NCBI GenBank assembly: GCA_965262115.1
Contig: OZ253496.1
Span: forward strand, 1,472,001-1,536,000
Length of the DNA: 64,000 nucleotides
Reading direction: 5' to 3'
DNA from: Nitrospinales bacterium
GTDB lineage: Bacteria > Nitrospinota > Nitrospinia > Nitrospinales > VA-1
A program made the translations under genes and the position numbers. Below, in pieces: positions 41,081 through 53,380 of the stretch (the first letter of the stretch is position 1; each line of letters opens with the position of its first letter). The notes below the pieces were generated by a model. It was not told the DNA's origin. It was given only the letters and a program-made list of their open reading frames with translations, and did not search any database.

Positions 41081-41407
41081 CGGTTGAAAAAGGTTTATTC
41101 GCGAGAGTTACAATCAGGCGGTGGCCGCCGCTTCTTTATTGGGCGACGGGGTATTACCCGCTGATCGGGATGCAGAGACTTTTGCTGCTGCTGCTGTTTA
41201 CGGGTAGAAGGGGTAATCTCGGGTTATGCAAAGCTCTCGTTTGCGGGGGAAAAATTTAGACTCACTAAATTTTGAGGGTAACTGTAATGCTTTGAATTGT
41301 AATGTTTTGCGAAAATTAGTGGAAGGGGGTTGAAATTTCCCCCATTGCCTTGTTTATATGGGATATTACGGTCGAATCGATGAGTTCTTTAGCCGGGAGT
41401 CTAAAAA

Positions 41408-42166
41408 ATGTATAAATTGGTCCTTTTAAGGCATGGTCAGAGTCAATGGAACCTGGAAAACCGGTTCACCGGATGGACCGATGTTGACCTGACCGAGCAG
41501 GGAAAACAGGAAGCCGAAGCGGCGGGAAAACTTTTTCTCGATGAAGGTTATACTTTCGACATAGCCTACACCTCTGTTCTCAAAAGGGCGATTCGAACTT
41601 TATGGATCGTGCTGGATAAAATGGATTTGATGTGGATTCCGGTCACCCGCTCCTGGTATCTGAACGAACGCCACTACGGTGCCTTGCAGGGATTGGACAA
41701 AGCCGAGACCGCAGAAAAGCATGGCGCGGAGCAGGTAAAAATCTGGCGCAGAAGTTATGCCACTCCCCCTCCCCCGCTCCCTGACGATGACGACAGGTTG
41801 CCGTCCAAAGATCCACGTTACGCTGGGATACCCCAAAACAAGTTGCCCGCATCGGAAGCTTTAAAACATACGGTGGACCGGTTTCTGCCGTATTGGTTCG
41901 ACCAAATCGTGCCATTCATCAAAGCCGGAAAAAAAGTTTTGATCTGCGCGCACGGTAACAGCTTGAGAGCCATGGTCAAACATCTCGATCAGGTCAGCGA
42001 AGAAGATATCTTGGAATTGAATATCCCCACCGGCATTCCGCTGATCTATGAACTGGATGCGGATTTAAAACCCACCGATCACTATTATCTGGGCGACCCC
42101 GAAGCCGCTAAAAAAGCCGCCGAAGCCGTCGCCAACCAAGCCCGGGCCACGCCCGGAGGAAATTAG
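41408..42166 (+). CDS. gpmA: 2,3-bisphosphoglycerate-dependent phosphoglycerate mutase
   Basis: [26 protein letters not shown]. Confidence 0.98.
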   Translation: MYKLVLLRHGQSQWNLENRFTGWTDVDLTEQGKQEAEAAGKLFLDEGYTFDIAYTSVLKRAIRTLWIVLDKMDLMWIPVTRSWYLNERHYGALQGLDKAETAEKHGAEQVKIWRRSYATPPPPLPDDDDRLPSKDPRYAGIPQNKLPASEALKHTVDRFLPYWFDQIVPFIKAGKKVLICAHGNSLRAMVKHLDQVSEEDILELNIPTGIPLIYELDADLKPTDHYYLGDPEAAKKAAEAVANQARATPGGN

Positions 42167-42521
42167 CAGTAGCGGAATGGGTGGGCATCAAGTTGTCTTG
42201 GCTTGATAAGCAATTGCCCAATTCCCCCCTGATAAGGGGGGCTAGGGGGGTTGCTCAAAGGGCCCCTCTTTCTAAAGTACCCGTGCCGGGCACGAGGGCT
42301 TTGGAACAATATCACGAGGGGCTGGGGTGATTTGCCTCAAGGGGTTTTGTCATTGCGAACGAAGTGAAGCAATCCAGAAAGCCTGGATCGCCGCGCCACT
42401 TTGCGGCTCGCGATGACAAAGTGAAAGCTTGCCCCCTTTTCCTTGCACTACCCCCCGCCAAACAGATACAATCGGCATTCAAAATCGAGAATCGGAAGTT
42501 TTAAATTAAACGAAAAAGGGG

Positions 42522-42818
42522 ATGGGTATGTCAAAACTACTAGCTATAATTCTAGCACTATTGTTTATCGGCTGCGCAACCGAACGCTTTGGACGTCTGC
42601 AACACGTTACCAATTCCGAAAAGAATTATTTAACTTGTGAAGCTATCCAGGTCGAGCTTGAAAAAGCGCAAGATTTTATTATCGAAACAAATAAAGAAGA
42701 TAACGAATTTAAAGGAACAGATTTTTTAGCTTTCTTAGGTGATTTTGGAATAGGTAATGCCATGGAAGTGTCTAGCGTCATCGAGGGAGATGAATCCCAT
42801 ACTGATTCGGAGAATTAA
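42522..42818 (+). CDS. Small lipoprotein, possibly 3'-truncated
   Basis: FIGC lipobox; LTC..I..E; GDFGIGN. Confidence 0.6.
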   Translation: MGMSKLLAIILALLFIGCATERFGRLQHVTNSEKNYLTCEAIQVELEKAQDFIIETNKEDNEFKGTDFLAFLGDFGIGNAMEVSSVIEGDESHTDSEN

Positions 42819-43007
42819 ACAGGATTGAGCGCAGTCCGTAGCAAATCCTCCGCTTTCGAACCCTTTTTAGTAATTAGCCCTCATTGCATTGCCGGAGGTT
42901 TTCAGATAAAATAATGCCGGATGAAAGACGGGAAGTAATTGTTGCACTTCTAAAAAACAGGAACTACAATTCTAAAAACTATAAATCAAAAGATATAGCC
43001 AAGTAGT

Positions 43008-44452
43008 GGGCCTGTTGCCCAAAGGGTTGCCGTGAAGGGTTGCTGATATTAATTTTGTGTATTTCTTACGAATTTTCTTTTCTAAATTGAAATCCCAAAA
43101 CCCAGATTCATTCCTCCCCAAGTTGAAGCCTGCAAGCAGTTTTTGAATCGTTGTACGACCTTCAGTGCATGACTGTGAATCGGTTTTTTCAGGTGTTGGA
43201 TCATTCGTTTGATGTTTTGAATGGATGCGGTCAGGTATTCTTGAATCTGGATCAGCCATAATCTTCGCCACCGTGCCCTTTTGAATCCCAAGGGCACCGA
43301 ATATGCGAATGACCGTTCCATAAGATGCTGTCTCGTTTTCAGGTCTTGTTTTCCTTTTGGGGTCTTTGCCATTGCGCGCATTTCTTCGAGGTCGTCCTGA
43401 CGATCAACCCGTTGGATCGTGCGTCCGGTTGCACTACGTGTGCATTGGGATTTTAGTTCGCAGGCATTACCGTCGTCTGCTCTGGCGGCGTAATACATAC
43501 GCTGCTCTTTTAACCGGCAGGTCTTCAGCCGCAAGCGTTTGCCCACCGGGCAGATATAGGTATCGCTTTCAGGGTCGAATGTAAATGCGCTGTTGGAAAA
43601 TATTCCATGACGTTTGCCGTCTGTTTCCTGACTCTTTTTCAGGTCGGGCATATGGGGTTGAATGCCCATATCTTTGCAGGCAAGAAAGTTTTCCACCGTA
43701 CCGTATTTACTGTCGGCCACTGCGGTCTTCGCTGACATCCCGGTATTTTCCTGGTGCGCTTCCAGCATGGCACTGAACCGATGCGAATCGTCTACATCGC
43801 CACGTGTCACCTCAGTCGTGGTGATCACTTCCGCCGCCGGATCCACCGAACGATGTACTTTATAACGCAAACGCGAACCCCCGCGCGGCACAATCGCCGC
43901 ATCCGGAGCGGTCGTAGAACGGTAACGAACATTAACTTCTCTGCGTACCCGCCGATTATTGGATTCCTCCGGTTCGCCCAGTCTCTCACAAAGTTTCTCG
44001 TAACCCTTGGTTTCGATAATACGCTGGGATTAGGAATCACAGTGTCCAGACCATAACCCAGAAACCAGAGCCAATCCATCCGCTACGGAAGCGTACGCAT
44101 CAACTCACGTTCGGAACGAACGTTGTAAAAGATGAGCAGCAACATCAGTTTTAGCATCACCGGAGGCGGAACCGATTCGTTGCCATTGTGGCCGTACTTA
44201 TCCTTTACTTGTTCATACACAAAATCCAGGTTCAAAACGGAAGAAACTTGCCGCAACTCGTGATCTGGAGGACTCCGATCTTCAAGATTCACGGCCTAGT
44301 TAAAGAATACGCTCTGGGACGGGGTTTCGCGTTTCATCATGGGAATGACTCCCGGAAAAAAAGATTAAAACTGTAGAAGAACAAAAACTAGCCAGATAAA
44401 TTATAATCCTTATAAACCCACGCTTCTATCAAAAGGTTTGGGCAACAGGCCC
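43008..44452 (-). mobile_element. Defective IS1182-family element
   Basis: 16-bp TIR GGGCCTGTTGCCCAAA; transposase fragments (PPDH.LR, SERELM, WFLGY, ADSKYG, YICP.G, ERSFA) with a stop and an internal deletion. Confidence 0.88.
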
Positions 44453-44467
44453 AAAAGACTTGACAGG

Positions 44468-44819
44468 GAGAGCTTTGCATAACCCGAGATTACCCCTTCT
44501 ACCCGTTCCGGGCATGAAGTTTAAGGAAGAGGACATCACATACCCGTTCTACCCCTGCGGGGCACGAACCGATGGAAGAAATATCACACGCTCATGATGT
44601 TATAGGTTGGGGATATCACAGGCTCGCGAAGGTTAAGGAAAAATATCACGCCTTCGTCACCTTGTTCCTCAGAATGACAAAATGGCCCAGTATTGTCATG
44701 CTGAGCTAGTGATATTTGACCTTTGAATTCTTGCCCCGTAGGGGTATGTGATATCCTCTTCCTTAAACTTCATGCCCGGAACGGGTAGAAGGGGTAATCT
44801 CGGGTTATGCAAAGCTCTC
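44468..44819. mobile_element. MITE family B, long form with 78-bp inverted termini
   Basis: 44468-44545 is the reverse complement of 44742-44819 with one mismatch. Confidence 0.85.
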
Positions 44820-45227
44820 GTTTCCAGAGGTAATTTTATGGGTCCGCAGCAGGGTTGAGGCGAATAACGGTCTGCATTGAAGATTAAAAGTAAATCGACA
44901 AAATGACAGTTGGTGAGTTTTTCAGGAGGTTCCTTCCTGTCCCACAAAAAATAGCTTTAATTCTGGGGAGAATTAGTCCAATTATACCCCCTCAAGCCCG
45001 ATCTCCCAAGTTTCGAGCATCCTCTGAGCTTGATTCGCGGTCTATTTCCAGAGGTTTCTGCCCTTTTTCAGAGTGGCAAGTGATTTTTTCCTGTTAAGAC
45101 GGGTTTTTAGTGGAAAACCGACTCGTCAGGCCTTATTTTGGTGGGTTTCGTATTGTCACACTATATTGAATATGTTAGTCTGAGCTACAATTTGGTTCCC
45201 TTTTTGGGGACTTCCCAAAAAATCTCT

Positions 45228-45300
45228 CACGTTTCCGGATCAAGCCAAGGGTGGCCTGCGGGTTCTTGGTGCGAAGCGATGGAGGCGGAGGTACAACCCA
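45228..45300 (+). promoter_or_regulatory. Probable rpsB (S2) autoregulatory leader
   Basis: CAC...GGGT...GGAGG...AACCC layout just upstream of rpsB. Confidence 0.45.
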
Positions 45301-45320
45301 TTCATTTTTAAGGAGTTTGC

Positions 45321-46118
45321 ATGTCTGAAATCACCATGAAGCAACTGCTGGAGTCGGGGGTCCATTTCGGACACCAGACCAATCGCTGGAACCCAAAAAT
45401 GAAACCCTATATTTATGGGGCACGTAGCGGGATCTATATTATTGATCTGCAGAAAACCCTGGTTCATTTCCAGGAAGCTGAAAAATGTGTCCGGGAATTG
45501 GCTCGGGCTGGCAAGAAGATCCTTTTTGTGGCGACCAAAAAACAGGCGCATGAACTGGTTGCCGAAGAAGCAACCCGTTGCGGGATGTACTACATCAACC
45601 AAAGATGGCTTGGCGGTACGCTTACAAACTTTGCCACCATTCGCAAGAGCATCGCCCGGTTGCATGAACTGGAAAAAATGGACGAAGAAAACCAGTTCGA
45701 TCTTTTACATAAAAAAGAAGCTTTGAAAATGAGAAGAGAAATTGACAAACTGAATAAATTCTTCAGAGGTATCAAAAATATGAAGGATTTGCCGGATGCT
45801 CTTTTCATCGTTGATACACGGAAAGAAAAAATCGCGCAGGCTGAAGGTCAAAAGCTGGGCATTAAAATCATCGCTATGGTCGACACCAACTCCGACCCGG
45901 ACGGCGTGGACTATCCCATCCCGGCAAACGATGACGCAATGCGTTCTATCAAGCTGTTTACCCAGCGGATTGCGGATGTCTGTCTGGAAGGACAGGAAAT
46001 GAACAGGGCCAGCCAGGCTAAAAAAGAGGCGGACAAAAAACCTGAACCCAGCGATTCGCCGGAACCGGTTTCGGTTGCCGGTGACAACGGGAGCAGTGAA
46101 AGCTCTGTGCCTGCCTGA
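45321..46118 (+). CDS. rpsB: 30S ribosomal protein S2
   Basis: [33 protein letters not shown]. Confidence 0.99.
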   Translation: MSEITMKQLLESGVHFGHQTNRWNPKMKPYIYGARSGIYIIDLQKTLVHFQEAEKCVRELARAGKKILFVATKKQAHELVAEEATRCGMYYINQRWLGGTLTNFATIRKSIARLHELEKMDEENQFDLLHKKEALKMRREIDKLNKFFRGIKNMKDLPDALFIVDTRKEKIAQAEGQKLGIKIIAMVDTNSDPDGVDYPIPANDDAMRSIKLFTQRIADVCLEGQEMNRASQAKKEADKKPEPSDSPEPVSVAGDNGSSESSVPA

Positions 46119-46342
46119 ACCACTGAACATCTCCCCGGGTTCCTATAGGTTAAGAACATCCTTTAAGGAAAGAGTCTAGGTGTATCCGGGCTGAAGCCGG
46201 GAGTCTGAAAAACCGGTTGCGACGGAAAAATTAAGGGAAGCTCTAAAGAACTTTTGTGAGCTTGCAATTCGCCGCCCCATGGCAAAATTTGATTTTTAGT
46301 ATTCTTGAATTTTAATAAACAATTTTTGATTAGGGAAATGGA

Positions 46343-46930
46343 ATGGAAATAACTGCTGCGATGGTTAAGGAATTGCGCTCTCAGTCGGGCGCGGGAATTA
46401 TGGAATGCAAGTCGGCCCTGAAAGAAACCCGGGGCGATGTGGAAGAGGCGATCACATTTCTCAGAAAAAAAGGATTGGCCAAGGCAGATAAAAAGGCCGG
46501 CCGCCAGACCGCTGAAGGAGTCATTGGTTCCTACATCCATCAGGGTAGCAAGATTGGCGTGATGATTGAGCTCAATTGCGAAACGGATTTTGTGGCCAAC
46601 ACCCCTGATTTTCAGGAACTGGTCAGGGATATTGCCATGCATATTGCGGCGGCCAGACCACGTTTTGCCACCCGCGAAGAGGTGACCGAAGATGTTCTTG
46701 CAAAAGAACGGGAAATCTTTGCCCATCAGGCCAAGGAATCAGGAAAGCCGGAAAACATCGTTGAAAAAATTGTTACCGGGAAAATGGAAAAATTCTACGG
46801 AGAAAACTGCGTGCTGGAGCAGCTGTTTATCAAGGATACCAATATTACTATTGGCGATTTGATCAAACAGAAAATCGCCCTGCTGGGTGAAAATATCAAT
46901 ATTGGTCAATTTTCCAGATTTGAAATTTAA
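46343..46930 (+). CDS. tsf: Elongation factor Ts (short form)
   Basis: [23 protein letters not shown]. Confidence 0.97.
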   Translation: MEITAAMVKELRSQSGAGIMECKSALKETRGDVEEAITFLRKKGLAKADKKAGRQTAEGVIGSYIHQGSKIGVMIELNCETDFVANTPDFQELVRDIAMHIAAARPRFATREEVTEDVLAKEREIFAHQAKESGKPENIVEKIVTGKMEKFYGENCVLEQLFIKDTNITIGDLIKQKIALLGENINIGQFSRFEI

Positions 46931-47655
46931 TGGGCGAGCCGATTTATAAAAGGGTATTGTTGAAACTGGGCGGTGAAAGCCTGGCCGCTGAAGAAGGCGC
47001 ATTTGGTCTGGACGAGGGCGCTCTGACAAATATTACGGAAGAAATCCGCGAGGCCAGAGATCTTGGAGTTGAAATTGCTATTGTCATCGGAGGAGGCAAT
47101 ATTCTAAGAGGTGCGTCCTTGAGTTCTATAGGAATCGAGCGCACTACTGGCGACTATATGGGGATGCTCGCGACAGTGATCAACGGGCTGGCGTTGCAGC
47201 ATGCTTTGGAACACGTTGGAATTCCCACCCGCGTGCAGTCTGCGATCGAAATTCAGGCGGTGTCGGAAACCTATGTGCGCCGCCGTGCGATTCGTCATCT
47301 GGAAAAAGGGCGTGTGGTTATATTTGCAGGCGGGACAGGCAACCCCTATTTCACCACCGATACAGCGGCATCTCTTAGAGCCATGGAGATTGGCGCGGAG
47401 GTGATTTTCAAAGCCACCAAGGTTGATGGAATTTATTCTGCGGACCCCATGACCGATGAGTCGGCCACGAAATTCGAGGATCTGTCTTATCTGGATGTGC
47501 TGCAGAAGGGTTTAAAGGTTATGGACTCGACCTCGATATCCCTTTGCATGGATAACAAGCTGCCGATGATCATATTTAACTTTCGCCATAAACATAGTAT
47601 TAAACGGGTTCTGCTGGGTGAAAAACTCGGCACCATAGTGGGAGTCTTAAAATGA
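46930..47655 (+). CDS. pyrH: UMP kinase
   Basis: [23 protein letters not shown]. Confidence 0.98.
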   Translation: MGEPIYKRVLLKLGGESLAAEEGAFGLDEGALTNITEEIREARDLGVEIAIVIGGGNILRGASLSSIGIERTTGDYMGMLATVINGLALQHALEHVGIPTRVQSAIEIQAVSETYVRRRAIRHLEKGRVVIFAGGTGNPYFTTDTAASLRAMEIGAEVIFKATKVDGIYSADPMTDESATKFEDLSYLDVLQKGLKVMDSTSISLCMDNKLPMIIFNFRHKHSIKRVLLGEKLGTIVGVLK

Positions 47656-48209
47656 TTGCTGATTTAATCCATAGCGCAGAAAAGAAAATGGGGATCTCGG
47701 TCGACCACCTGCATCATGAGTTAGGGAAGTTGCGGACAGGTCAGGCTTCGGTTGCGCTGTTGGATGATCTCAAGGTCGATTACTACGGAAACCCGACTCC
47801 TTTAAATCAGGTAGCGACTTTGGGCACCCCGGACAGCCAGACCCTGACGATCCAACCTTGGGAAGTATCGATTTTGAAGGATATCGAGAAAGCTCTCCAG
47901 GCATCAGATCTTGGCCTAACTCCCAACAACGACGGCAAGATGATCCGCCTCACCATTCCACCACTCACCAATGAGCGTCGGCAACAATTGGTCAAGCTGG
48001 TAAAAAAGTATTCTGAGGACTGCAAGGTGGCGATCCGGAATGTGCGGAGAGAAGTTAACGATAAGCTGAAAAAAACAGAAAAAAATCATGAGATTTCGGA
48101 GGACGAAAGCCATAAAGCCGTGGACAATATCCAGAAAATGACCGATAAGTTTGTCGCCGAAATTGATAAAATCGCCCAGACTAAAGAAAAAGATATGATG
48201 GATGTATGA
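47652..48209 (+). CDS. frr: Ribosome recycling factor
   Basis: [30 protein letters not shown]. Confidence 0.98.
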   Translation: MIADLIHSAEKKMGISVDHLHHELGKLRTGQASVALLDDLKVDYYGNPTPLNQVATLGTPDSQTLTIQPWEVSILKDIEKALQASDLGLTPNNDGKMIRLTIPPLTNERRQQLVKLVKKYSEDCKVAIRNVRREVNDKLKKTEKNHEISEDESHKAVDNIQKMTDKFVAEIDKIAQTKEKDMMDV

Positions 48210-48311
48210 AGCAGTTTTTTTGTAGTATCTTTTCAGTATGCAGGTAGTATGTTTGTCAGAAAGCCCCTCTTCTTACCGGTGGGTTTGGCCAATTAATCAG
48301 GAGCCGCCTCC

Positions 48312-49067
48312 TTGGTCGATATATCGTTGCAGGAAAAAATAGATTCCAATCGTTTGCCCAGGCATGTTGCCATTATTATGGATGGCAACGGGCGCTGGGC
48401 GCAAAATAATTCCCTCCCCCGTATTGAAGGTCATTGGGCGGGCGTCAAGGTCGTGGACAGCATTGTCACCCTGAGCCGCGAACTCAACCTGGAAGCTTTG
48501 ACCCTCTACTCGTTCTCCGATGAGAACTGGAACCGCCCGTCCACAGAAATCAACACGCTCATGAAAATCCTGGATTTTTATTTGAAGAAGGAATTGAAGC
48601 GGATGAAAGATGAGAATATCCGCTTCAATACCATTGGGCGTGTTCAGGACTTGCCCGAGGCGATCCAAAAATTGATCCGTCATTCCATAGAAGATACTCG
48701 TAATAATGCCGGTATGGTCCTCACCCTGGCGCTGAGTTATGGCGGCAGGCAGGAGATCATCGATGCGGTAAAAAATATTGCTGAGCAGGTTCGCTCGGGA
48801 CGGATCCGGCCGGAAGAAATTGATCCGGCCCTGTTTGAATCGTTTCTTTCCACACACCCTCTTCCCGACCCTGATCTGATTATCAGGACCAGCGGAGAAA
48901 GAAGGATCAGTAATTTTCTTTTGTACCAGAGTGCTTATACCGAATTGCACTACAACAATGTGTTGTGGCCGGACTTTTCGGATGATGATTTCCTGAACGC
49001 GATCATTGACTTTCAAAGCCGAGACCGGCGCTTTGGAATGACGCAAGAACAAATTGTCAAAGCCTGA
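48312..49067 (+). CDS. uppS: Undecaprenyl diphosphate synthase
   Basis: HVAIIMDGNGRWA, FS.ENW.RP, RTSGERRISNFLL. Confidence 0.97.
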   Translation: MVDISLQEKIDSNRLPRHVAIIMDGNGRWAQNNSLPRIEGHWAGVKVVDSIVTLSRELNLEALTLYSFSDENWNRPSTEINTLMKILDFYLKKELKRMKDENIRFNTIGRVQDLPEAIQKLIRHSIEDTRNNAGMVLTLALSYGGRQEIIDAVKNIAEQVRSGRIRPEEIDPALFESFLSTHPLPDPDLIIRTSGERRISNFLLYQSAYTELHYNNVLWPDFSDDDFLNAIIDFQSRDRRFGMTQEQIVKA

Positions 49068-49159
49068 CCTCAATCATTGACCATTCCTATTGAGAAACCC
49101 ACACCCGTGATCTTAAACGTTCCCACAAGGATTCATAAAAACCCAACAGGAGCTGGCTC

Positions 49160-49954
49160 TTGAAACGCGTTATCAGTGGAGCCATAGGCATTCCCATTGT
49201 GCTGGGAATTGTGTTGTACGGCTCTCCCCTCTTGTTCTTTGGTTTTGTTACGGCAATTGTTTTGCTCGCCAGCTACGAATACTTTGCCATGACTTCTAAT
49301 ACGGGTGTAGAGGGTTTTCCCATTGAGGGCGGGGTGTTGAGTTTCCTGCTTTTACTGGGTTTCTATCTGGGTACCCAGTTTTTATTTTTATTTGCAGCCC
49401 TGCTTCCCGTCATTTTGTTCGCGACCTGGTTCTTCAGGGAAAATAATGTGAAAGTGGCTTTGGATCCGATCGCTTATACGGTTCTCGGGGTTTTTTATAT
49501 TGCGGGATTGGGCGGGTACTTCCTGTTGATCCGCAATTTGGAAGGCGGAAGCCAGATGATCGTGTTCCTCCTGCTTCTGATCTGGGCTGGTGATACGGCA
49601 GCCTATTATGCCGGCCAGAACCTGGGCAAACACAAACTCATGCCTGTGATCAGTCCCAACAAGACGATGGAAGGGGCTATCGCCAATGTGCTGGGAACCC
49701 TTTTGGCCGCATTAATCATCAAGTTATGGTTTTTTCAGGAATTTTCGCTAACGCATTGTTTGATTGTAGCCTTTATATGCGGTATCATCGGTCAGTTTGG
49801 GGATTTTTCGGAATCGCTGATAAAAAGAAATTGTCGGGTGAAAGATTCAGGCTCATGGATTCCGGGCCATGGCGGTTTTCTTGATCGTATTGACAGCCTG
49901 TTGTTCGCTGGCCCGGCTTTCTATTGTTATTACCAATTGTTCCTGGGGACATAG
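49160..49954 (+). CDS. cdsA: Phosphatidate cytidylyltransferase
   Basis: SPNKT.EG, GDF.ES..KR, KDSG..IPGHGG.LDR.DS. Confidence 0.96.
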   Translation: MKRVISGAIGIPIVLGIVLYGSPLLFFGFVTAIVLLASYEYFAMTSNTGVEGFPIEGGVLSFLLLLGFYLGTQFLFLFAALLPVILFATWFFRENNVKVALDPIAYTVLGVFYIAGLGGYFLLIRNLEGGSQMIVFLLLLIWAGDTAAYYAGQNLGKHKLMPVISPNKTMEGAIANVLGTLLAALIIKLWFFQEFSLTHCLIVAFICGIIGQFGDFSESLIKRNCRVKDSGSWIPGHGGFLDRIDSLLFAGPAFYCYYQLFLGT

Positions 49955-49977
49955 TCAAACCCCGTCAGGACAACTTC

Positions 49978-51132
49978 ATGAAAAAGATATCCCTTCTGGG
50001 CTCGACGGGTTCCATTGGCGTCAACACGCTGGACGTTATAGAGCGCTATCCCGAAAATTTTCAGATTTGCGCCCTTTCCGCCGGAAGCAACGTAGAACTG
50101 TTTGCCCGCCAGATTCGAAAATTCAAGTCCGCACTCGCCGCCCTGTTTGATTCCACTAAAGTGGATGCCTTGAAGGAACTGGTTGGCGATTTGGATGTGG
50201 AAATCGTTTCCGGTCCGGAAGGTTCGGTTTCTGCCGCTTCTTTTCCGGAAGCCGACCTGGTCGTTTCCGGAGTGGTGGGCAGCGCCGGATTGCTCCCAGC
50301 CCTTGCTGCACTCAAAGCCGGAAAAAACCTGGCGCTTGCCAATAAAGAAACGCTTGTTATAGCTGGCGAACTGGCGCTGAAAGAAGCCGCGCGGACCAAC
50401 ACTAAAATCATTCCTATCGACAGCGAACACAGCGCAATTTTTCAGGCTTTGAACGGAGAGAAAACAGAGCGCATCAAAAAAATTATTCTGACCGCGTCTG
50501 GCGGACCTTTCAGAACTTTCAGCCTCAAGCAGATGGAAAACGTCACGGTGAAGGAGGCGCTCAATCATCCCAACTGGAGTATGGGAGCCAAAATCACCAT
50601 CGACTCTTCCACCATGATGAACAAGGGCCTCGAATATATAGAAGCCAAATGGCTGTTTGGCGTGGAGACCAACGTCGAGGTCATCGTTCACGCACAGAGC
50701 ATCATTCATTCGATGATCGAGTTTGTCGACACTTCCATCATGGCGCAGTTGGGCATTCCCGATATGCGGGTTCCCATCGCTTACGCCCTGACTTATCCGG
50801 ACCGGTTTGAAAGTGAACTGCCCTCTCTGGATTTGGCAGCAATGGGTGACCTGACCTTTGAGGCTCCAGACTTTGAAAGATTTCCCTGCCTGCAACTGGC
50901 TATGGATGCCATGGAAATGGGCCAGACCCTGCCGGCAGTCCTCAATGCCGCTAACGAAATCGCAGTGCAGGCGTTCCTCGATGAACTGATCCCCTATAAA
51001 GATATTGCAGAACTCATTCGCATGGTCATGCAAAATCACCGCCCGGTCCCCCTGCAGGAATTGGAAGATGTTCTGGAAGCCGACCGCTGGGCTCGCGAAG
51101 AAACTACAAAACTAATAACAGTCACCCATTGA
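49978..51132 (+). CDS. dxr: 1-deoxy-D-xylulose 5-phosphate reductoisomerase
   Basis: LGSTGSIG, LANKE, PIDSEHSA, TASGGPF, HPNWSMG.KIT.DS. Confidence 0.98.
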   Translation: MKKISLLGSTGSIGVNTLDVIERYPENFQICALSAGSNVELFARQIRKFKSALAALFDSTKVDALKELVGDLDVEIVSGPEGSVSAASFPEADLVVSGVVGSAGLLPALAALKAGKNLALANKETLVIAGELALKEAARTNTKIIPIDSEHSAIFQALNGEKTERIKKIILTASGGPFRTFSLKQMENVTVKEALNHPNWSMGAKITIDSSTMMNKGLEYIEAKWLFGVETNVEVIVHAQSIIHSMIEFVDTSIMAQLGIPDMRVPIAYALTYPDRFESELPSLDLAAMGDLTFEAPDFERFPCLQLAMDAMEMGQTLPAVLNAANEIAVQAFLDELIPYKDIAELIRMVMQNHRPVPLQELEDVLEADRWAREETTKLITVTH

Positions 51133-51241
51133 CCGGGCCACGCCCGGTGGAAATATGGCAATGACCCGTTAAGCCGAGAGAACTTTTTGCTCGCCAGTGA
51201 AAGTTATTGCTCATTGAATCCAGCGTCACGCTGGTTAATAA

Positions 51242-51733
51242 ATGAATTTACCGAATATTCGCATTGGCAATGGTTATGATGTGCACCGTCTGGTTGAGGG
51301 AAGAAAACTCATCCTTGGAGGGGTCGATGTTCCGCATTCGATGGGACTGGACGGGCACTCCGATGCCGATGCCCTGGCACACGCTTTGTGCGATGCCCTG
51401 CTGGGGGCGCTGGGGGCGGGGGATATCGGTGCCTACTTTCCGGACACCGATTCGAAGTGGAAAGGCATTTCCAGCTTGCTGCTACTCAAAGAGGTCATGC
51501 GCATGTGCCGGGAAAAAGGGTTTGAACTTGCTAATGCCGATTCCGTGATCGTGGCGCAGAAGCCTAAACTTTCTCCGCATCTGCCAGAAATGAAAAAGAA
51601 TATTGCTGCGGCACTTGATGTAGAAACGAACCGGATAAATATTAAAGCCACCACAACTGAAAAGCTTGGGTTTGCCGGGCGGGAAGAAGGCATCACCGCC
51701 TACGCGGTTGCCTTACTGGTAAAAAATGTCTGA
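51242..51733 (+). CDS. ispF: MEcPP synthase
   Basis: [29 protein letters not shown]. Confidence 0.97.
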   Translation: MNLPNIRIGNGYDVHRLVEGRKLILGGVDVPHSMGLDGHSDADALAHALCDALLGALGAGDIGAYFPDTDSKWKGISSLLLLKEVMRMCREKGFELANADSVIVAQKPKLSPHLPEMKKNIAAALDVETNRINIKATTTEKLGFAGREEGITAYAVALLVKNV

Positions 51734-52979
51734 CCTTAACGAACGCATCGTAATCACAGGAATTGGGTTGACCTCCCCCAACGGCAACAACCTGAAAGAA
51801 TTCCGACAAAACCTGCTGAACGGGGTCTCAGGAGTGCAACATTTCGAAACCCGCTATATGGGGAAGGTCCACGCCGGAGTCTGCGATTTTGATGAACTGA
51901 AATACCAGAAGAAAAAAGAACGCCGTCGCGGCACCCGGGCCGGCTCTGTCGCCATCTACTGTTCGCAGGAAGCCATTGCCGATGCCGGAATTGATCTCGA
52001 AGCGATCGACCGTTCTAAAGTCGGTGTCTATCTCGGCGTGACCGAGCATGGCAATGTCGAGACCGAGAACGAAGTCTACAACATCAGCCAGTATGGTTAT
52101 GACACCAAGTTCTGGTCGCACCATCATAATCCCCGCACAGTGTCCAACAATCCGGCCGGCGAAGTGACCTTGAACATGAAAATCACCGGGCCGCATTACA
52201 CCATTGGCGCGGCCTGCGCCGCCGGGAATATGGGCGTCATTCAGGGTCTGCAGATGTTGCGGCTGGGGGAAGTCGATCTCGCATTGGTGGGCGGGGTGTC
52301 TGAGAGTATCCACACCTTCGGCATCTTTGCCAGTTTCAAAAGTGAGGGGGCTCTGGCCGAGCACGAAGACCCGACCAAAGCCAGCCGTCCGTTCGATAAA
52401 AACAGGAACGGCATCGTCTGTTCAGAGGGTGGTGCCGTCTACACGCTTGAACGATTATCGGATTCGCAAAAACGTGGCGCAAAAATCTACGGTGAAATCG
52501 TCGGTTACGCCACCAACTCCGACGCGATCGATTTCATCCTGCCCGACCCGGGCCGACAGGCTCAATGCATACGCATGGCGCTGGATAAGGCCGGACTCAA
52601 ACCGGGCGACATCGATATCCTCAATTGCCATGCCACCGCTACACAGATGGGAGACATTCAGGAGGCCAAGGCCATCCGCGAAGTGTTTGGCGATAACAGT
52701 AAAACGCGCATCAATAACACCAAAAGTTTTATCGGTCACACCATGGGTGCGGCGGGCACGCTGGAACTCTCCGGCAACCTGCCGACGTTTGAAGATAACC
52801 TGGTCCACCCCACCATCAATCTGGATGACCTCGACCCGGAATGCGCCTTGAACCACCTCGTCGCCAACAAACCGGAAAAACTCCCCTCCGTCGACCTCAT
52901 CATGAACAACTCCTTCGGCATGTTCGGCATCAATTCCGTCCTCATAGTGCGGAGTCCCTCCGCTGGGAACTTGCAATGA
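51726..52979 (+). CDS. Beta-ketoacyl-ACP synthase (FabF/FabB-like)
   Basis: AACAAG (catalytic Cys), [21 protein letters not shown]. Confidence 0.93.
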   Translation: MSDLNERIVITGIGLTSPNGNNLKEFRQNLLNGVSGVQHFETRYMGKVHAGVCDFDELKYQKKKERRRGTRAGSVAIYCSQEAIADAGIDLEAIDRSKVGVYLGVTEHGNVETENEVYNISQYGYDTKFWSHHHNPRTVSNNPAGEVTLNMKITGPHYTIGAACAAGNMGVIQGLQMLRLGEVDLALVGGVSESIHTFGIFASFKSEGALAEHEDPTKASRPFDKNRNGIVCSEGGAVYTLERLSDSQKRGAKIYGEIVGYATNSDAIDFILPDPGRQAQCIRMALDKAGLKPGDIDILNCHATATQMGDIQEAKAIREVFGDNSKTRINNTKSFIGHTMGAAGTLELSGNLPTFEDNLVHPTINLDDLDPECALNHLVANKPEKLPSVDLIMNNSFGMFGINSVLIVRSPSAGNLQ

Positions 52980-53116
52980 CTCTTTCTAGCGGACAAACAG
53001 TCTTTTTTGCCCATTGGGATATAACTATTTGCCCCCACGGCGAGTGGATTTAGGCTTGAAATTGGTCATATCTTCCATTAAAATCAAGGCTGACGGAGAC
53101 TTGTGAGAGGAAAGTA

Positions 53117-53380
53117 ATGACGATTGAAGAAGTACGGCAGATTATTCTTAATATCCTTGCTGATATTGCCCCGGATGAGGATATCAGTTCTATTGACGAC
53201 AACACCAAATTGCGCGACCAGATCGACCTGGATTCGATGGATTTCCTCGATATCGTCATGGAACTCAGAAAACGCTTCAACATAGAAGTGCCGGAAAAAG
53301 ATTACGAACATCTGGCTACTATGGCCGGCTGCATTTCTTACCTCACCCCCTTATTAAAAGACCGACCGTTGGCCACTTAG
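53117..53380 (+). CDS. Acyl carrier protein
   Basis: LDSMD phosphopantetheine site; acidic, 87 aa. Confidence 0.93.
   Translation: MTIEEVRQIILNILADIAPDEDISSIDDNTKLRDQIDLDSMDFLDIVMELRKRFNIEVPEKDYEHLATMAGCISYLTPLLKDRPLAT

Noticed and set aside
13660..42250. CCCCCT..AGGGGG..AGGGGG hairpins as terminators or G-quadruplexes
   Set aside because: They lack U-tails and recur as a REP-like family (5176, 13660, 15038, 28026, 42224); treated as repeat cargo or targets
44500..44787. Possible CRISPR or integron cassette array
   Set aside because: Units are degenerate, in both orientations, irregularly spaced, and enclose no cassettes
46343..46930. Truncated EF-Ts
   Set aside because: A ~200-aa form is known in several phyla, and the gene couples normally to pyrH
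49930..51039. Long antisense ORFs (also 20976-21833, 48297-49073, 55184-56158)
   Set aside because: Shadows of well-supported genes on the other strand, with no recognisable motifs
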